DNA from: Burkholderiales bacterium
GTDB taxonomy: Bacteria > Pseudomonadota > Gammaproteobacteria > Burkholderiales > SG8-41
Direction: 5' to 3'
DNA: 64,000 bases
Assembly (NCBI GenBank): GCA_035259205.1
Contig: DATFWO010000285.1
Span: 5,987 to 69,986 of the forward strand
Part shown: one piece after another, positions 36,634-45,527 of the stretch
Layout of the letters: every line of letters starts with the position of its first letter
Numbering within the stretch: the stretch's first letter is position 1
Notes under the pieces: model-generated
What the model was told of the DNA's origin: nothing
What the model saw: the letters and a program-made list of their open reading frames with translations, nothing else
Database searches by the model: none
Program-made: the position numbers and the translations under genes

Positions 36634-37830
36634 ATGGCAGAGGCACTGGAACGGATCAACCACCCGATCTCCGACCGGGAGCTCGAGCGGCGCTGGATCG
36701 CCGTCCGTGCCGCGATGGCCGAGCGCGGCATCGACGTACTGCTGATGCAGGCCAACAACGATTTCATGGGCGGCTACGTCAAGTACTTCACCGATCTGCC
36801 CGCCACCAACGGCTACCCGGTGACGGTGGTCTTCCCGCGCGACGAGCGGATGTCGGTCATCGGCATGGGCGCACTCGGACTAGTGCGCGAGCTCCCGCCG
36901 CCCGGCGACGCCCTGCGGCGCGGCGTTGGCCGCTTCATGGGCACGCCGAGCTTTGCTTCGGCAAGTTACACGGCCGACTACGACGCCAGGCTCGCCGAAA
37001 GAGCGCTCGTTCCCTATGCCGGGGCGGCCATAGGTCTGCTGGGGACTGCGGCAATGTCCTTCGCGCTGGTCGACCACCTCAAACGCGCGTTGACCAGAGC
37101 GAGGTTCGTGGATGCTTCGGAACTGGTGGACCGGATCAAGGCAGTGAAGAGCGCGGAGGAAATCGGCTGCATGCGCCGCGTCGCCGCGATGCAGGACGCG
37201 GCCATGCAGGCCGTGTTCGCCGCGATCAAGCCCGGGATGCGCGACCTCGAGGTCGCGGCGGTCGCCGAGCAGTATGGCCACAGCCATGGCAGCGAGCAGG
37301 GGTTGTTCCTGTGCGCTTCCGGGCCGGTCGGGACCGCCGCCGTTTTCGGCAACCGCCACGTGCAGAACCGCGTCATCCGGGAAGGCGACCAGTTCACGCT
37401 GCTCATCGAAAACAACGGCCCGGGCGGCTACTACACCGAGATCGGCAGGACCTGCGTGCTCGGCCGAGCTTCGGAGGAGATGCAGGAAGAGTTCGCTTTC
37501 GTCGTGGAGGCCCAGAAGTTCACGACGAGCCTGCTCAAGCCGGGAGCGTCGTGCAAGGAGATCTGGAATACGTACAACGAGTTCATGCGCGAGCACGGCA
37601 AGCCCGAGGAGCAGCGTCTGCACTGTCACAGCCAGGGCTACGACATGGTGGAGCGGCCGCTTGCCCGGTTCGACGAAACCATGGACATCGGCAAGGACAT
37701 GGTGGTTGCGTGCCATCCCACGTACGTGACCGAGCGCACTTACAGCTGGGTGTGCGACAACTTCCTGATCGGCGAGAATGGCGCCGTCGAGCGGCTGCAC
37801 CGGTTGCCGCAGAAGATCTTCGAGCTTTAG
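36634..37830 (+). CDS. M24-family metallopeptidase fold (Xaa-Pro peptidase / creatinase-like)
   Basis: 398 aa. Creatinase-type N-domain (..RGIDVLLMQANNDF..) and a pita-bread C-domain (..SHGSEQGLF.., ..HSQGYDMVERP..). Confidence 0.8.
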   Translation: MAEALERINHPISDRELERRWIAVRAAMAERGIDVLLMQANNDFMGGYVKYFTDLPATNGYPVTVVFPRDERMSVIGMGALGLVRELPPPGDALRRGVGRFMGTPSFASASYTADYDARLAERALVPYAGAAIGLLGTAAMSFALVDHLKRALTRARFVDASELVDRIKAVKSAEEIGCMRRVAAMQDAAMQAVFAAIKPGMRDLEVAAVAEQYGHSHGSEQGLFLCASGPVGTAAVFGNRHVQNRVIREGDQFTLLIENNGPGGYYTEIGRTCVLGRASEEMQEEFAFVVEAQKFTTSLLKPGASCKEIWNTYNEFMREHGKPEEQRLHCHSQGYDMVERPLARFDETMDIGKDMVVACHPTYVTERTYSWVCDNFLIGENGAVERLHRLPQKIFEL

Positions 37831-37900
37831 AGATCAGGGACTGCACCAGAGACACTGGCGACCTTCGCGTTGATGGTTTCAGCTTGACGTCAAAGGGGTT

Positions 37901-38893
37901 CTATTCCGCCACGATGTTGTTGCGGCGGATGATTTCCGCGAACCTCGCCCGTTCTTTCTTCAAGCTGGCGGCGAATTCCTCGGGGGTGTCGAAAATCGGA
38001 ATCAATGCCAGAGCGTCGAGCTTTTCCCTGATCGCGGGCGATTTCATCACCTGCATGATCTCGGCGCTCAGGCGGCGAACGATAGCGGGAGAAGTGCCCG
38101 CCGGCGCAGCGACCATGAAGGACGCGTGAGCCTCGATGCCTGGATAGCCGGCATCGGCGAGCGTGGGCGTTCCGGGAAGAAGGGGCGTGCGCAGCGTGAC
38201 GGCGAGCGCCACCACTCTTCCCGACGGAATGTGCGGCAGCGCCGTCACGATATCGGACGCCATGAACGCCAGGTCGCCGCGCAGCAAGCCTTGGATCGCC
38301 TGGCCGAGGCCCTTGTACGGGACGTGCACGAACCGCGCGCCCGCGGTCTCCTCGATCATCTTCACCCCGAGATTGGTCGTGCTGCCCGAGCCGGCCGAAC
38401 CGTATGCGAGCTTGCCCGGCACCCGCCTGGCCAATGCCACGAGAGCAGGGACGCTGGTCACCGGCACCGAAGGGTGGCTGACGAAGACAAGCGGATTGAT
38501 GACGCCGCGCGCGACCGGAGCAAAGTCGCGCTCCGCGTTGTATGGCAGATTCCTGTACAGGCTCGGATTGACGACGAGCGCCGGGGTCGCGGAGACGAGA
38601 AAAGTGTAGCCGTCAGGCGCGGACTTCGCCGCCATCTCGGCGCCGATGTTGCCGCTCGCCCCGGGACGGTTCTCCACGATGAACTGTTGCTTCAGGGCGT
38701 CGCCCAGCCCCTGGGCCAGCAGGCGCGCGTAGATGTCGGTGCCGCCGCCGGGCGAAGAAGGCACGACGAGCCGGACCGCTCGTGCGGGCCACGCCGGAGG
38801 TTGCACTGGATCCTGAGCTTGCAGCGGCGCCGCCGGCATTGCGAACGCAAGGGCGAGCACAACGGCGTATCCATGCTTCATGGCGTACAGCAT
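37901..38893 (-). CDS. Bug/TctC-family periplasmic solute-binding protein
   Basis: 330 aa (the start may be the internal ATG at 38881). Signal peptide, WPARAVRLVVPSSPGGGTD, ENRPGASGNIG, PDGYT, YGSAGSGSTTNL, HVPYKG. Confidence 0.9.
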   Translation of the reverse strand: MLYAMKHGYAVVLALAFAMPAAPLQAQDPVQPPAWPARAVRLVVPSSPGGGTDIYARLLAQGLGDALKQQFIVENRPGASGNIGAEMAAKSAPDGYTFLVSATPALVVNPSLYRNLPYNAERDFAPVARGVINPLVFVSHPSVPVTSVPALVALARRVPGKLAYGSAGSGSTTNLGVKMIEETAGARFVHVPYKGLGQAIQGLLRGDLAFMASDIVTALPHIPSGRVVALAVTLRTPLLPGTPTLADAGYPGIEAHASFMVAAPAGTSPAIVRRLSAEIMQVMKSPAIREKLDALALIPIFDTPEEFAASLKKERARFAEIIRRNNIVAE

Positions 38894-38943
38894 ACGCCAG
38901 CGTTGCCACTCCGTAGCTCTCCGGCATACAGTGGGATCTCATC

Positions 38944-39921
38944 ATGATTTCGAACCGGAGGGCCGTCTGCGGACTGTCGTTGGCCGGCGCGCTCGTGGTT
39001 TTCGCCCACGCTGCCGCGCAGGACTGGCCCGCCCGCCCGCTGCGGTGGATCGCGGCGCAACCGCCGGGATCGGCGCTCGACATCACCGCCCGCCTGCTGG
39101 CCGAGCGGCTCGTTCGCTCTTGGGGCCAGCAGGTCGTGGTGGACAACCGCGCGGGCGGACAGAGCGTGATCGGGGCGTTGGCCGCAGCCCGAGCCGCACC
39201 CGATGGCTACAGTTATTTTGTGGCGACGCCCGCAGCGGTCGCCAGCAACGTCTACACGTTCAAGTCCCTGCCGTACGACCCGGTGAGGGATTTCATGCCG
39301 GTCGCCATGATCGGAGAGTCGCCCTTCGTCGTCGCGGCGCAGCCGAAACTGCCGGCGACGACGATCGGCGAGCTGGTCGCCCTGGAGAGAGCGCAGCCCG
39401 GGAAGCTCGCCATGGCGAATCAGGGTGCGAGGACTTTCGGCGGGATGGTCGGCGCGATGTTGAACCAGGCGTCCGGAATGAGGCTGCTGCAGGTTCCCTA
39501 CAACTCCCCGGGGCTGGCGATACAGGACACGCTCGGAGGTAGGGCGCAGGTCGTCCTGCTCAGTTCCGGTGCGCTGGCCGCATTCCTGAAGCGCGGAGAC
39601 CTGCGGGCTCTTGCCGTTACATCGGCCCGGCGCGTGCCCGGACTGGAACACGTTCCGACGCTGTCCGAGTCCTTTCCCGGATTTGAATACAGCGGGTGGT
39701 TTGCATTGCTCGCTCCGTCGGGCACGCCGCCTGCTATCGTTCAACGCGTAAACCGCGACCTGCAGCGTCTTCTGGCCGATCCCGACGTCGTGCAAAAGCT
39801 GGGGGATCTTGGCGTCATGACGGAAGGAGCCGGGACGCCGGAAATGCTCGGCAAATTCCTGGCCGCCGAGCGGGTACGCTGGGCGAAGCTCGTGCGCGAG
39901 ATCGGGCTCGAGCCGGAGTAG
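38944..39921 (+). CDS. Bug/TctC-family periplasmic solute-binding protein
   Basis: 325 aa. Signal peptide, QDWPARPLRWIAAQPPGSALD, DNRAGGQSVIG, PDGYS. A more divergent member (MANQGARTFGGM replaces the YGSAG motif). Confidence 0.85.
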   Translation: MISNRRAVCGLSLAGALVVFAHAAAQDWPARPLRWIAAQPPGSALDITARLLAERLVRSWGQQVVVDNRAGGQSVIGALAAARAAPDGYSYFVATPAAVASNVYTFKSLPYDPVRDFMPVAMIGESPFVVAAQPKLPATTIGELVALERAQPGKLAMANQGARTFGGMVGAMLNQASGMRLLQVPYNSPGLAIQDTLGGRAQVVLLSSGALAAFLKRGDLRALAVTSARRVPGLEHVPTLSESFPGFEYSGWFALLAPSGTPPAIVQRVNRDLQRLLADPDVVQKLGDLGVMTEGAGTPEMLGKFLAAERVRWAKLVREIGLEPE

Positions 39922-39971
39922 GACGATACCGTCGCCGAGATCCGGTTGCGCCGACCGCGGTGAGCGATCTC

Positions 39972-40553
39972 TCAGGCCGGAAAAAGCAGGAGGCAGCCTC
40001 CGAACACGCTGATCGCAGCGCCGCCAACGCGAACGAGGGGCTGGCGTTCCTTGAGTGCGGCCCCCGCGCCTATTCCGAGGGCGTGGAGCGTGGCGGTGGC
40101 GGCGAGTACGCCGGCAAGAAAGTGCCAGCCGAGCGCGAAAGCAGGCATTTCAGCGCCGTGGGCGTAGCCGTGAGCCAAGGCGAAAGCGGCAACGAGCGGG
40201 ATCGCCCAGTAGCGCGCCGCACGCATGGAAAACGCCACCAGGAGTCCCAGCGCCAGGACTGACAGGGCGATACCGCTTTCGACGCCGGGAATGGTGCCGC
40301 CCGACACGGCCACGGCGGCACCAGCTGCCACGGCCGTGACGAAGAGCAGCGGCACGGCCAGCACGTAACGCCCGCCGAGCTGCACGGCCCAGATTCCTAC
40401 TGCGACCATCGCGAGGAGATGATCCAGTCCCAGGAATGGATGCGTGAACCCCGCGGCGAAATCGCCGGCTGAATGAACGCCCACATGCGCTGACGCGGCG
40501 CCGCTCCCCAGCAACGCCGCAATCCCTGGGAGGAAACGAACTACACGGTGCAT
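39972..40553 (-). CDS. hupE: HupE/UreJ-family metal (Ni/Co-type) permease
   Basis: Track ORF trimmed to ATG 40553 (GAAGGAAG RBS upstream). 193 aa. Signal peptide ending ASAH, signature THPFLGLDHLL, multiple TM segments, AHGYAHG. Confidence 0.8.
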   Translation of the reverse strand: MHRVVRFLPGIAALLGSGAASAHVGVHSAGDFAAGFTHPFLGLDHLLAMVAVGIWAVQLGGRYVLAVPLLFVTAVAAGAAVAVSGGTIPGVESGIALSVLALGLLVAFSMRAARYWAIPLVAAFALAHGYAHGAEMPAFALGWHFLAGVLAATATLHALGIGAGAALKERQPLVRVGGAAISVFGGCLLLFPA

Positions 40554-40608
40554 TGCTGTTCTTCCTTCTGTCTTATGGGGCGCATTTGAAGCGCCGAGCA
40601 AAGCTGGT

Positions 40609-40655
40609 GTGACCCATCACTCATCACTGGCCCATTACTCATGACCCATCACCGA
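40609..40655. repeat. Short-period array of CCCATCAC/TCATCAC-type units (7/14-nt period)
   Basis: TGACCCATCACTCATCACTGGCCCATTACTCATGACCCATCACCGATC read directly, immediately 3' of the cupin gene stop (40658). Confidence 0.6.
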
Positions 40656-40657
40656 TC

Positions 40658-41272
40658 TCAAGCGGGTTCCTTGACCCTGCGCTCCAGATAGCGCCTGACG
40701 AGCTCCCCGGTGAGCACGACCTTGGCATCGTATTCGGGCGCGTCCTCGATCTGCTCGAGGTCATTCAGCCCGCTGAGGCGGTAGATGCGATTGATCGCGG
40801 AAATCAACCGTACCGGGCGCTCCGGATCGGCGTTGAAGTGCTGATGGATGGTGTTGGGGGGGATGTAGATCAGGTCGCCGGCTTCCCATTCGTAGCGCTT
40901 GATCTCGTCCTGCGCCTTCCAGTGATAGGTGTCGGTGATCTCGACGTCGCAATCCTGGTGCAGGTCGTAGCCGCGGCCCTCCAGCACGTAGAGGCACTCC
41001 TCGGCCAGATGCCGGTGCTTGCCGGAGCGGCTGCCGGGAGGGATGGCCTGCATGTAGGCATCCACGGTATCCATGCGCGTATTCATCTGCTCGTTCAGCA
41101 GATGCTTGAGCAGCCCCTGCCGGGACATTTCCCACGGCATTTCTTCGGGGTGCACGATCTTCTTGCGCTTGGCGTTCCGCATGGGGGCGCCGCTGGCGTC
41201 GTCGAGGAGATCCTGATAGAGCTTGCCACTCAACTTGCCGCGCATCCATGCCCTTGATTCATCCCAGGCCAT
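40658..41272 (-). CDS. Monocupin metalloprotein (cupin-2 type)
   Basis: 204 aa. Cupin motif 1 GSRSGKHRHLAEECLYVLEG and motif 2 GDLIYIPPNTIHQHFN. Confidence 0.8.
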   Translation of the reverse strand: MAWDESRAWMRGKLSGKLYQDLLDDASGAPMRNAKRKKIVHPEEMPWEMSRQGLLKHLLNEQMNTRMDTVDAYMQAIPPGSRSGKHRHLAEECLYVLEGRGYDLHQDCDVEITDTYHWKAQDEIKRYEWEAGDLIYIPPNTIHQHFNADPERPVRLISAINRIYRLSGLNDLEQIEDAPEYDAKVVLTGELVRRYLERRVKEPA

Positions 41273-41287
41273 CTGAGTTCTCCTTCA

Positions 41288-41375
41288 GCGTAAGCGATAA
41301 ACGGTGAGCCGTGAGCAGTCTACAGACAGCGGCGCTCCTGCTCTCACCATACACTGTCCACTATTAACTGTTTGT
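41288..41375. repeat. Heptamer-type inverted element (..TAAACGGTGAGCCGTGAGCAG.. / ..CTGCTCTCACCATACACTGTCCACTATTAACTGTTTG)
   Basis: Read directly. The right arm overlaps the stop (41364-41366) and last codons (...HSTNS) of the 186-aa cupin gene. Confidence 0.65.
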
Positions 41376-41924
41376 CGAGTGGTTGTAGTCGTCCTCGGCC
41401 TCTCTTGCCCGGAAGCCTTCGGCGCCGGGCGCAGGCTCCGTGGGACGGGCCTCGACCAGCTTCTGGAAAAGCATGTTCATGAACAGGTACATCGGCTTGC
41501 TCTTGAGCACCAGCGCTCGCGCGGGTTTGGCAGGATCGGCGTTGAAATGCTGGTGGACGCAGTTGCTGTGGACGACCGCAACGTCGCCGGCCTGCCAGTC
41601 GTAGCGTATCCCGTCGTGGATCTCGTAACCGCGGCCGTCGAGTATATAGAATGCGGCCTCGTTAACGTGCCCGTGTTTTTGCGACTTGCCGCCGGGACCG
41701 TATTCTTCAAGGTGTATATGCAACGTCTGGCCGAGTCCATCCTTGGGCTCGACGTAGTGGCGGCTGTAGCACTGGGGACCGTCGACGAACTTGATCTCCG
41801 TGCCCTTCCTCACCCGGGGTAGCGAGCGCAGTCGCTTCAGCTCCTCCCTGAGATTGTAGTGACCGGCGATCGCCCGTACGAATATCCGGTCCTTCTTGCT
41901 GTGATAGTGCGATTCGTTGCTCAT
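41364..41924 (-). CDS. Monocupin metalloprotein (cupin-2 type)
   Basis: 186 aa. GGKSQKHGHVNEAAFYILDG and GDVAVVHSNCVHQHFN. Shares the W-x-AGD...HQHFNADP signature with 40658-41272. Confidence 0.8.
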   Translation of the reverse strand: MSNESHYHSKKDRIFVRAIAGHYNLREELKRLRSLPRVRKGTEIKFVDGPQCYSRHYVEPKDGLGQTLHIHLEEYGPGGKSQKHGHVNEAAFYILDGRGYEIHDGIRYDWQAGDVAVVHSNCVHQHFNADPAKPARALVLKSKPMYLFMNMLFQKLVEARPTEPAPGAEGFRAREAEDDYNHSTNS

Positions 41925-41943
41925 AACGCCCTTTCCGGCTGGC

Positions 41944-43014
41944 CTACCTGGCCTGCTTGGTAATGATCTCAGAATATAGTTTATTCCATTTATCGTTCTC
42001 GTCGAGTACCAGCCTGGGGTCGACGAGCTTGAGCGGCATTTTGTGCACCGGGGTGCTGATCTTCCTGTTGGCGGGGGTGAAATCGCGCTTGAGGAGCAGC
42101 TCCTGCGCGTCGGTCAGCATGAAATCGTAGAACAGAATGGCCGCGTGCGGATGAGGCGCGTTGCGCGCGAGGCCTATGCCCTGAAAGCGTGCAATGATCG
42201 GCGGCAGGGCGAACCAGTCTATGGGCGCACCGTGGTTCTTCAGCTGCTCGGCCTTGTATTGATAGACCGTCAGCGCCAACGGTACCTCGCCCGACACCAC
42301 CAGATTGGTGAGCAGGGTATGGCCCTTGCGCACCGAGATGCCGTTGGTGCCGACGATATCGCGAAAGAGCTTCAGGCCTTTTGCTTCGCCCAGGTCGCTG
42401 ATGACTCCCGCAAACCAGTCGAGGTCGCTCGCCTCGATCCCGAGCCTGCCCTTCCACCTGGGATTCAGCAGGTCTTCGTAGCTCTTGGGAACCTCTTCCT
42501 TCTTGACGAGCTTGGTGTTGTAGGCGGCCACGAAAACGTTGAGCCGCGTGCCCACCCATTCCCGGTGCTGGGGTATGGCCTGCGGAATCAGATCGGCCAA
42601 GTGGGGCGACTTGACCTCCTGGAGGAGTTTCTCCCGGTACAGGGATTCCATTTCGGGCGTGTTGGTTTCGAAGATATCGGCTTCGTAGCGTCGGGCACGC
42701 TCCTCGGACACGCCCCGGCGCACGATGTTCTCGGAGCTCGCGCGCCAGACCTGGATCTTGAGGCCGTATTTCTTCTCGAACGCAGACGTCAGCACGAGCA
42801 TGTCGTCGGGCGGTGCAGACGAGTAGACGGTGAGCGTCGCTTCCTTGCGTGCCGCTTCGATCAGCCGCGGGGTCCGGTCGGGGCCCGTATAGGTTGCGAT
42901 ATCGGCGACGGTGGCTGCGGCCAGGGCCGGTGCGCTGAGCAACGTCCCCACCAATCCGAGCAGCGCGCATGCGCCGATTCCCAAACGGTCTGCGAAGGAA
43001 AGCGTACAGGGCAT
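41944..43014 (-). CDS. ABC transporter periplasmic substrate-binding protein (family-1, Fe(III)/polyamine/phosphonate-type)
   Basis: Track ORF trimmed to ATG 43014. 356 aa. Signal peptide ...LLSAPALAAA, LTVYSSAPPDDMLVLTSAFEKKYGLKIQVWR is typical of AfuA/PotD-like binding proteins. Confidence 0.8.
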   Translation of the reverse strand: MPCTLSFADRLGIGACALLGLVGTLLSAPALAAATVADIATYTGPDRTPRLIEAARKEATLTVYSSAPPDDMLVLTSAFEKKYGLKIQVWRASSENIVRRGVSEERARRYEADIFETNTPEMESLYREKLLQEVKSPHLADLIPQAIPQHREWVGTRLNVFVAAYNTKLVKKEEVPKSYEDLLNPRWKGRLGIEASDLDWFAGVISDLGEAKGLKLFRDIVGTNGISVRKGHTLLTNLVVSGEVPLALTVYQYKAEQLKNHGAPIDWFALPPIIARFQGIGLARNAPHPHAAILFYDFMLTDAQELLLKRDFTPANRKISTPVHKMPLKLVDPRLVLDENDKWNKLYSEIITKQAR

Positions 43015-43101
43015 CGTCGGGTCAGTCGTCGATCGTGGGCATCGAGCATGATAGCCGGAAAGCGATCGCACCCGGCGCGATCCAGGAAATGGCGGGGCGT
43101 T

Positions 43102-44199
43102 TCATGCGAGCTCCGCTTCGTATGCCGCGTCCATCCGCGATTTGAGTCCGTGCTTTGCGAGCGCCTCGGAGAACGTCTGGCGGATCACCGGCTTCTCGTC
43201 GGTGTAGTCGATCTGGTCGCCGCCGAGCCGGCGGCTGATCCAGGCCTTGGGCACGCCCTGTGCGTTGCGGATGGCTACCGATTCGTACTTGAACGCGAGG
43301 TAGCGCGCCGGCGTGGTCCCGGTGTTGAAGTGCTGGTGAAACCACATGTTGGGCGGAACGATCATGGTCCCGACCTGCCAGTCGTAGCGCCGCGGCTCGT
43401 CCCCCTCCGGCCACATGAGGGTGTAGCCCTCGCCCGAGAGCACGATCACGTGAGCGCCCGGACCGTGCGCGTGGGCCTTCTTGTACGTGCCGACCGGAAA
43501 CTGGGAGATGTGGCTGTTCATCGATCCCTTCGCCATGTTGAACCGGATGTGCCCGCCGCCGGCACCGCGTTCCTTGGCGCTGATCAGCGGCAGGTTGACC
43601 GCGTCCGCGACGAAATTCGTGTCGAGCAGCAGGCCCTTCTGCTCGCCCTTGCTGCTGAAGTACTCGGGCTCGCCGGAAAACCGGTTCTTGAAGTCGTAGC
43701 GCGTGTTGAACACGAACTCGATGTCGTCGAACTGGTTCATCACCACCGGCCCGTTGGTGACGGCTACGTAGCGCGCGGGCTCCCGTCCGGAGCCGTTGAA
43801 ATGCTGGTGCCAGGTGTTGAGCGGGATCGCAAACAGCGCGCCCGCCTTCCACTCGAAGGTAACGCGGTTCCCGGCATCGTTCCATACGGTCGTCGAGCCG
43901 CGCCCGGAAAGGATCAGGATCATTTCCTCGAACAGCTGGCGCTGCGGCGCGAGCTGGCCCCCGGCCGGAATTTCGCAGATATAACAATCGTTGGACGTGC
44001 GTGACGCCTCGTGATTGATGTATACGCCGCGCCCGCCGCGCCGCGCCCATGGCCGCAGCTCCACCGCATGCAGGTTCGGCACGTGGTGCGCGCCGATGAT
44101 CTCGAGGCCTTCGCTGCGCACCCAGCGGGTGTATGGCGTGTCCTTTTCGGTGGCGAACTTCTTGGCAAACTCCTCTGAAACGATTGCGCTTTGGCTCAT
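43102..44199 (-). CDS. Bicupin protein (two cupin-2-like barrels)
   Basis: Track ORF 43102-44307 trimmed to ATG 44199 (the upstream part translates the heptamer array). 365 aa. N-module ...PQRQLFEEMILILSGRG...GALFAIPLNTWHQHFN and C-module ...KAHAHGPGAHVIVLSGEG...GTMIVPPNMWFHQHFN. Confidence 0.8.
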   Translation of the reverse strand: MSQSAIVSEEFAKKFATEKDTPYTRWVRSEGLEIIGAHHVPNLHAVELRPWARRGGRGVYINHEASRTSNDCYICEIPAGGQLAPQRQLFEEMILILSGRGSTTVWNDAGNRVTFEWKAGALFAIPLNTWHQHFNGSGREPARYVAVTNGPVVMNQFDDIEFVFNTRYDFKNRFSGEPEYFSSKGEQKGLLLDTNFVADAVNLPLISAKERGAGGGHIRFNMAKGSMNSHISQFPVGTYKKAHAHGPGAHVIVLSGEGYTLMWPEGDEPRRYDWQVGTMIVPPNMWFHQHFNTGTTPARYLAFKYESVAIRNAQGVPKAWISRRLGGDQIDYTDEKPVIRQTFSEALAKHGLKSRMDAAYEAELA

Positions 44200-44214
44200 A
44201 GCCTGCTCCGCTGA

Positions 44215-44330
44215 ATAAACAGTGAACGGTGAACAGTGAACGGTAGCGAGTAAACAGTAAATAGTGAACAGTAGATAGAAGTTGAACTGCTGGTCTTTCC
44301 CGTTCATCGTTCACTGTTCACGATTCACTG
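44215..44330. repeat. Ten tandem heptamers (ATAAACA GTGAACG GTGAACA GTGAACG GTAGCGA GTAAACA GTAAATA GTGAACA GTAGATA GAAGTTG) plus complementary arm CCGTTCA TCGTTCA CTGTTCA CGATTCA CTG, a long hairpin
   Basis: Read directly. The reverse complement of 44300-44330 (CAGTGAATCGTGAACAGTGAACGATGAACGG) matches 44220-44243 (CAGTGAACGGTGAACAGTGAACGG) apart from a 1-nt indel and mismatch. The right arm contains the ABC ATPase stop codon (44325-44327). Confidence 0.85.
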
Positions 44331-45428
44331 CCTCAGGGCCACGCACTTCTCCGGGTTCATGCGAGCGTAGATCTTCTCACCAACGGGGGTCCTGAGCGAG
44401 GGGTGGGCGCGCGCAAGCAGGACGCGCTCCCCGAGGCCGACCTGAAAATCGACGTGCTCGCCGAGGAATACCTTGGCACGGACGACGCCCGTGCGGACGT
44501 TGTCGGCATTGCGACTGTCAGGGACCTGCTCGGATAGCTCGATGTCCTCCGGTCGAACCGACAGGACGACGGTGTCGCCCGCATTCAGGATTTCCGCCGA
44601 ATTCGCCTCGAGCTCGCCGAGCTCCGTGACCACGCGGCACGCGCCATCCCGCCCCTCGACGGAAACGACCTGCGCATCGATGAAATTCGTGGAGCCGACG
44701 AAGTCGGCCACGAAGCGGTTGCGCGGCTGCTCGTAGATCTCGCGCGGCGTGCCGACCTGGATCAGCTCGCCCTCGCTCATCACGGCAATCTGGTGCGAGA
44801 GCGCCAGCGCCTCGCTCTGGTCGTGGGTGACGTACACGGTGGTATGCCCGAACTCCTGCTGCAGGCGCTTCAGCTCGAAGCGCATGCGCTCGCGCAGCTT
44901 CGCATCGAGGTTGGACAGCGGCTCGTCGAGCAGGAGCAGCCGCGGCTCCCGCACCAGCGCCCGCGCGAGCGCGAGGCGCTGCTGCTGGCCGCCGGAGAGC
45001 TTCGTTGCGTCGCGCTCCGCCAGATCATCGAGGCCGACGGCGGCGAGAACGCGCATGACCTTGTCCCGGATCTCTTTCCTGTCGTGCCCGCCTGCGACCT
45101 CGAGCGGGAACGCTGCATTTTCGAAGACGTTCATGTGCGGCCAGATCGCATACGACTGGAAGACCATGCCGAAGTTGCGCTTGTTTGGAGCGATGAACGT
45201 ATTGGTCGCGGACGAGTAGACGACGGCGCCGTGGACCGAAATTTCTCCGGAGGTCGGGCGTTCGAGGCCGGCGATGGAGCGCAGGGTGGTCGTCTTGCCG
45301 CAGCCGCTGGGACCGAGCAGGGTAAACCACTTGCCCGTCGGCACCTCGAAGGTAACATCGCGTGCGGCTCGGACGGTTGCGCCGTGCACACCCGGATACT
45401 CCGTGCAGAGCGCAGTTACCTTCAGCAT
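44325..45428 (-). CDS. ABC transporter ATP-binding protein (PotA/FbpC/MalK-like with C-terminal TOBE-type domain)
   Basis: Track ORF trimmed to ATG 45428. 367 aa. Walker A GPSGCGKTT, signature LSGGQQQR, Walker B LLLLDEP, H-loop VTHD. Confidence 0.9.
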   Translation of the reverse strand: MLKVTALCTEYPGVHGATVRAARDVTFEVPTGKWFTLLGPSGCGKTTTLRSIAGLERPTSGEISVHGAVVYSSATNTFIAPNKRNFGMVFQSYAIWPHMNVFENAAFPLEVAGGHDRKEIRDKVMRVLAAVGLDDLAERDATKLSGGQQQRLALARALVREPRLLLLDEPLSNLDAKLRERMRFELKRLQQEFGHTTVYVTHDQSEALALSHQIAVMSEGELIQVGTPREIYEQPRNRFVADFVGSTNFIDAQVVSVEGRDGACRVVTELGELEANSAEILNAGDTVVLSVRPEDIELSEQVPDSRNADNVRTGVVRAKVFLGEHVDFQVGLGERVLLARAHPSLRTPVGEKIYARMNPEKCVALRQ

Positions 45429-45527
45429 GTGCACGCCCCCGGAATGCTGCGGGTCCAAGAAGCGCCGCGGTGCAATACGCCGACGCTCCGGAACGAACGC
45501 CGCAGCGCTTGTCCATATTTGCTGAAG

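Noticed and set aside
44215-44330. Possibility that the short-period arrays are CRISPR arrays
   Set aside because: The periods are 7-14 nt with no unique spacers, the units are degenerate, the arrays are under 150 nt and no cas genes are present.
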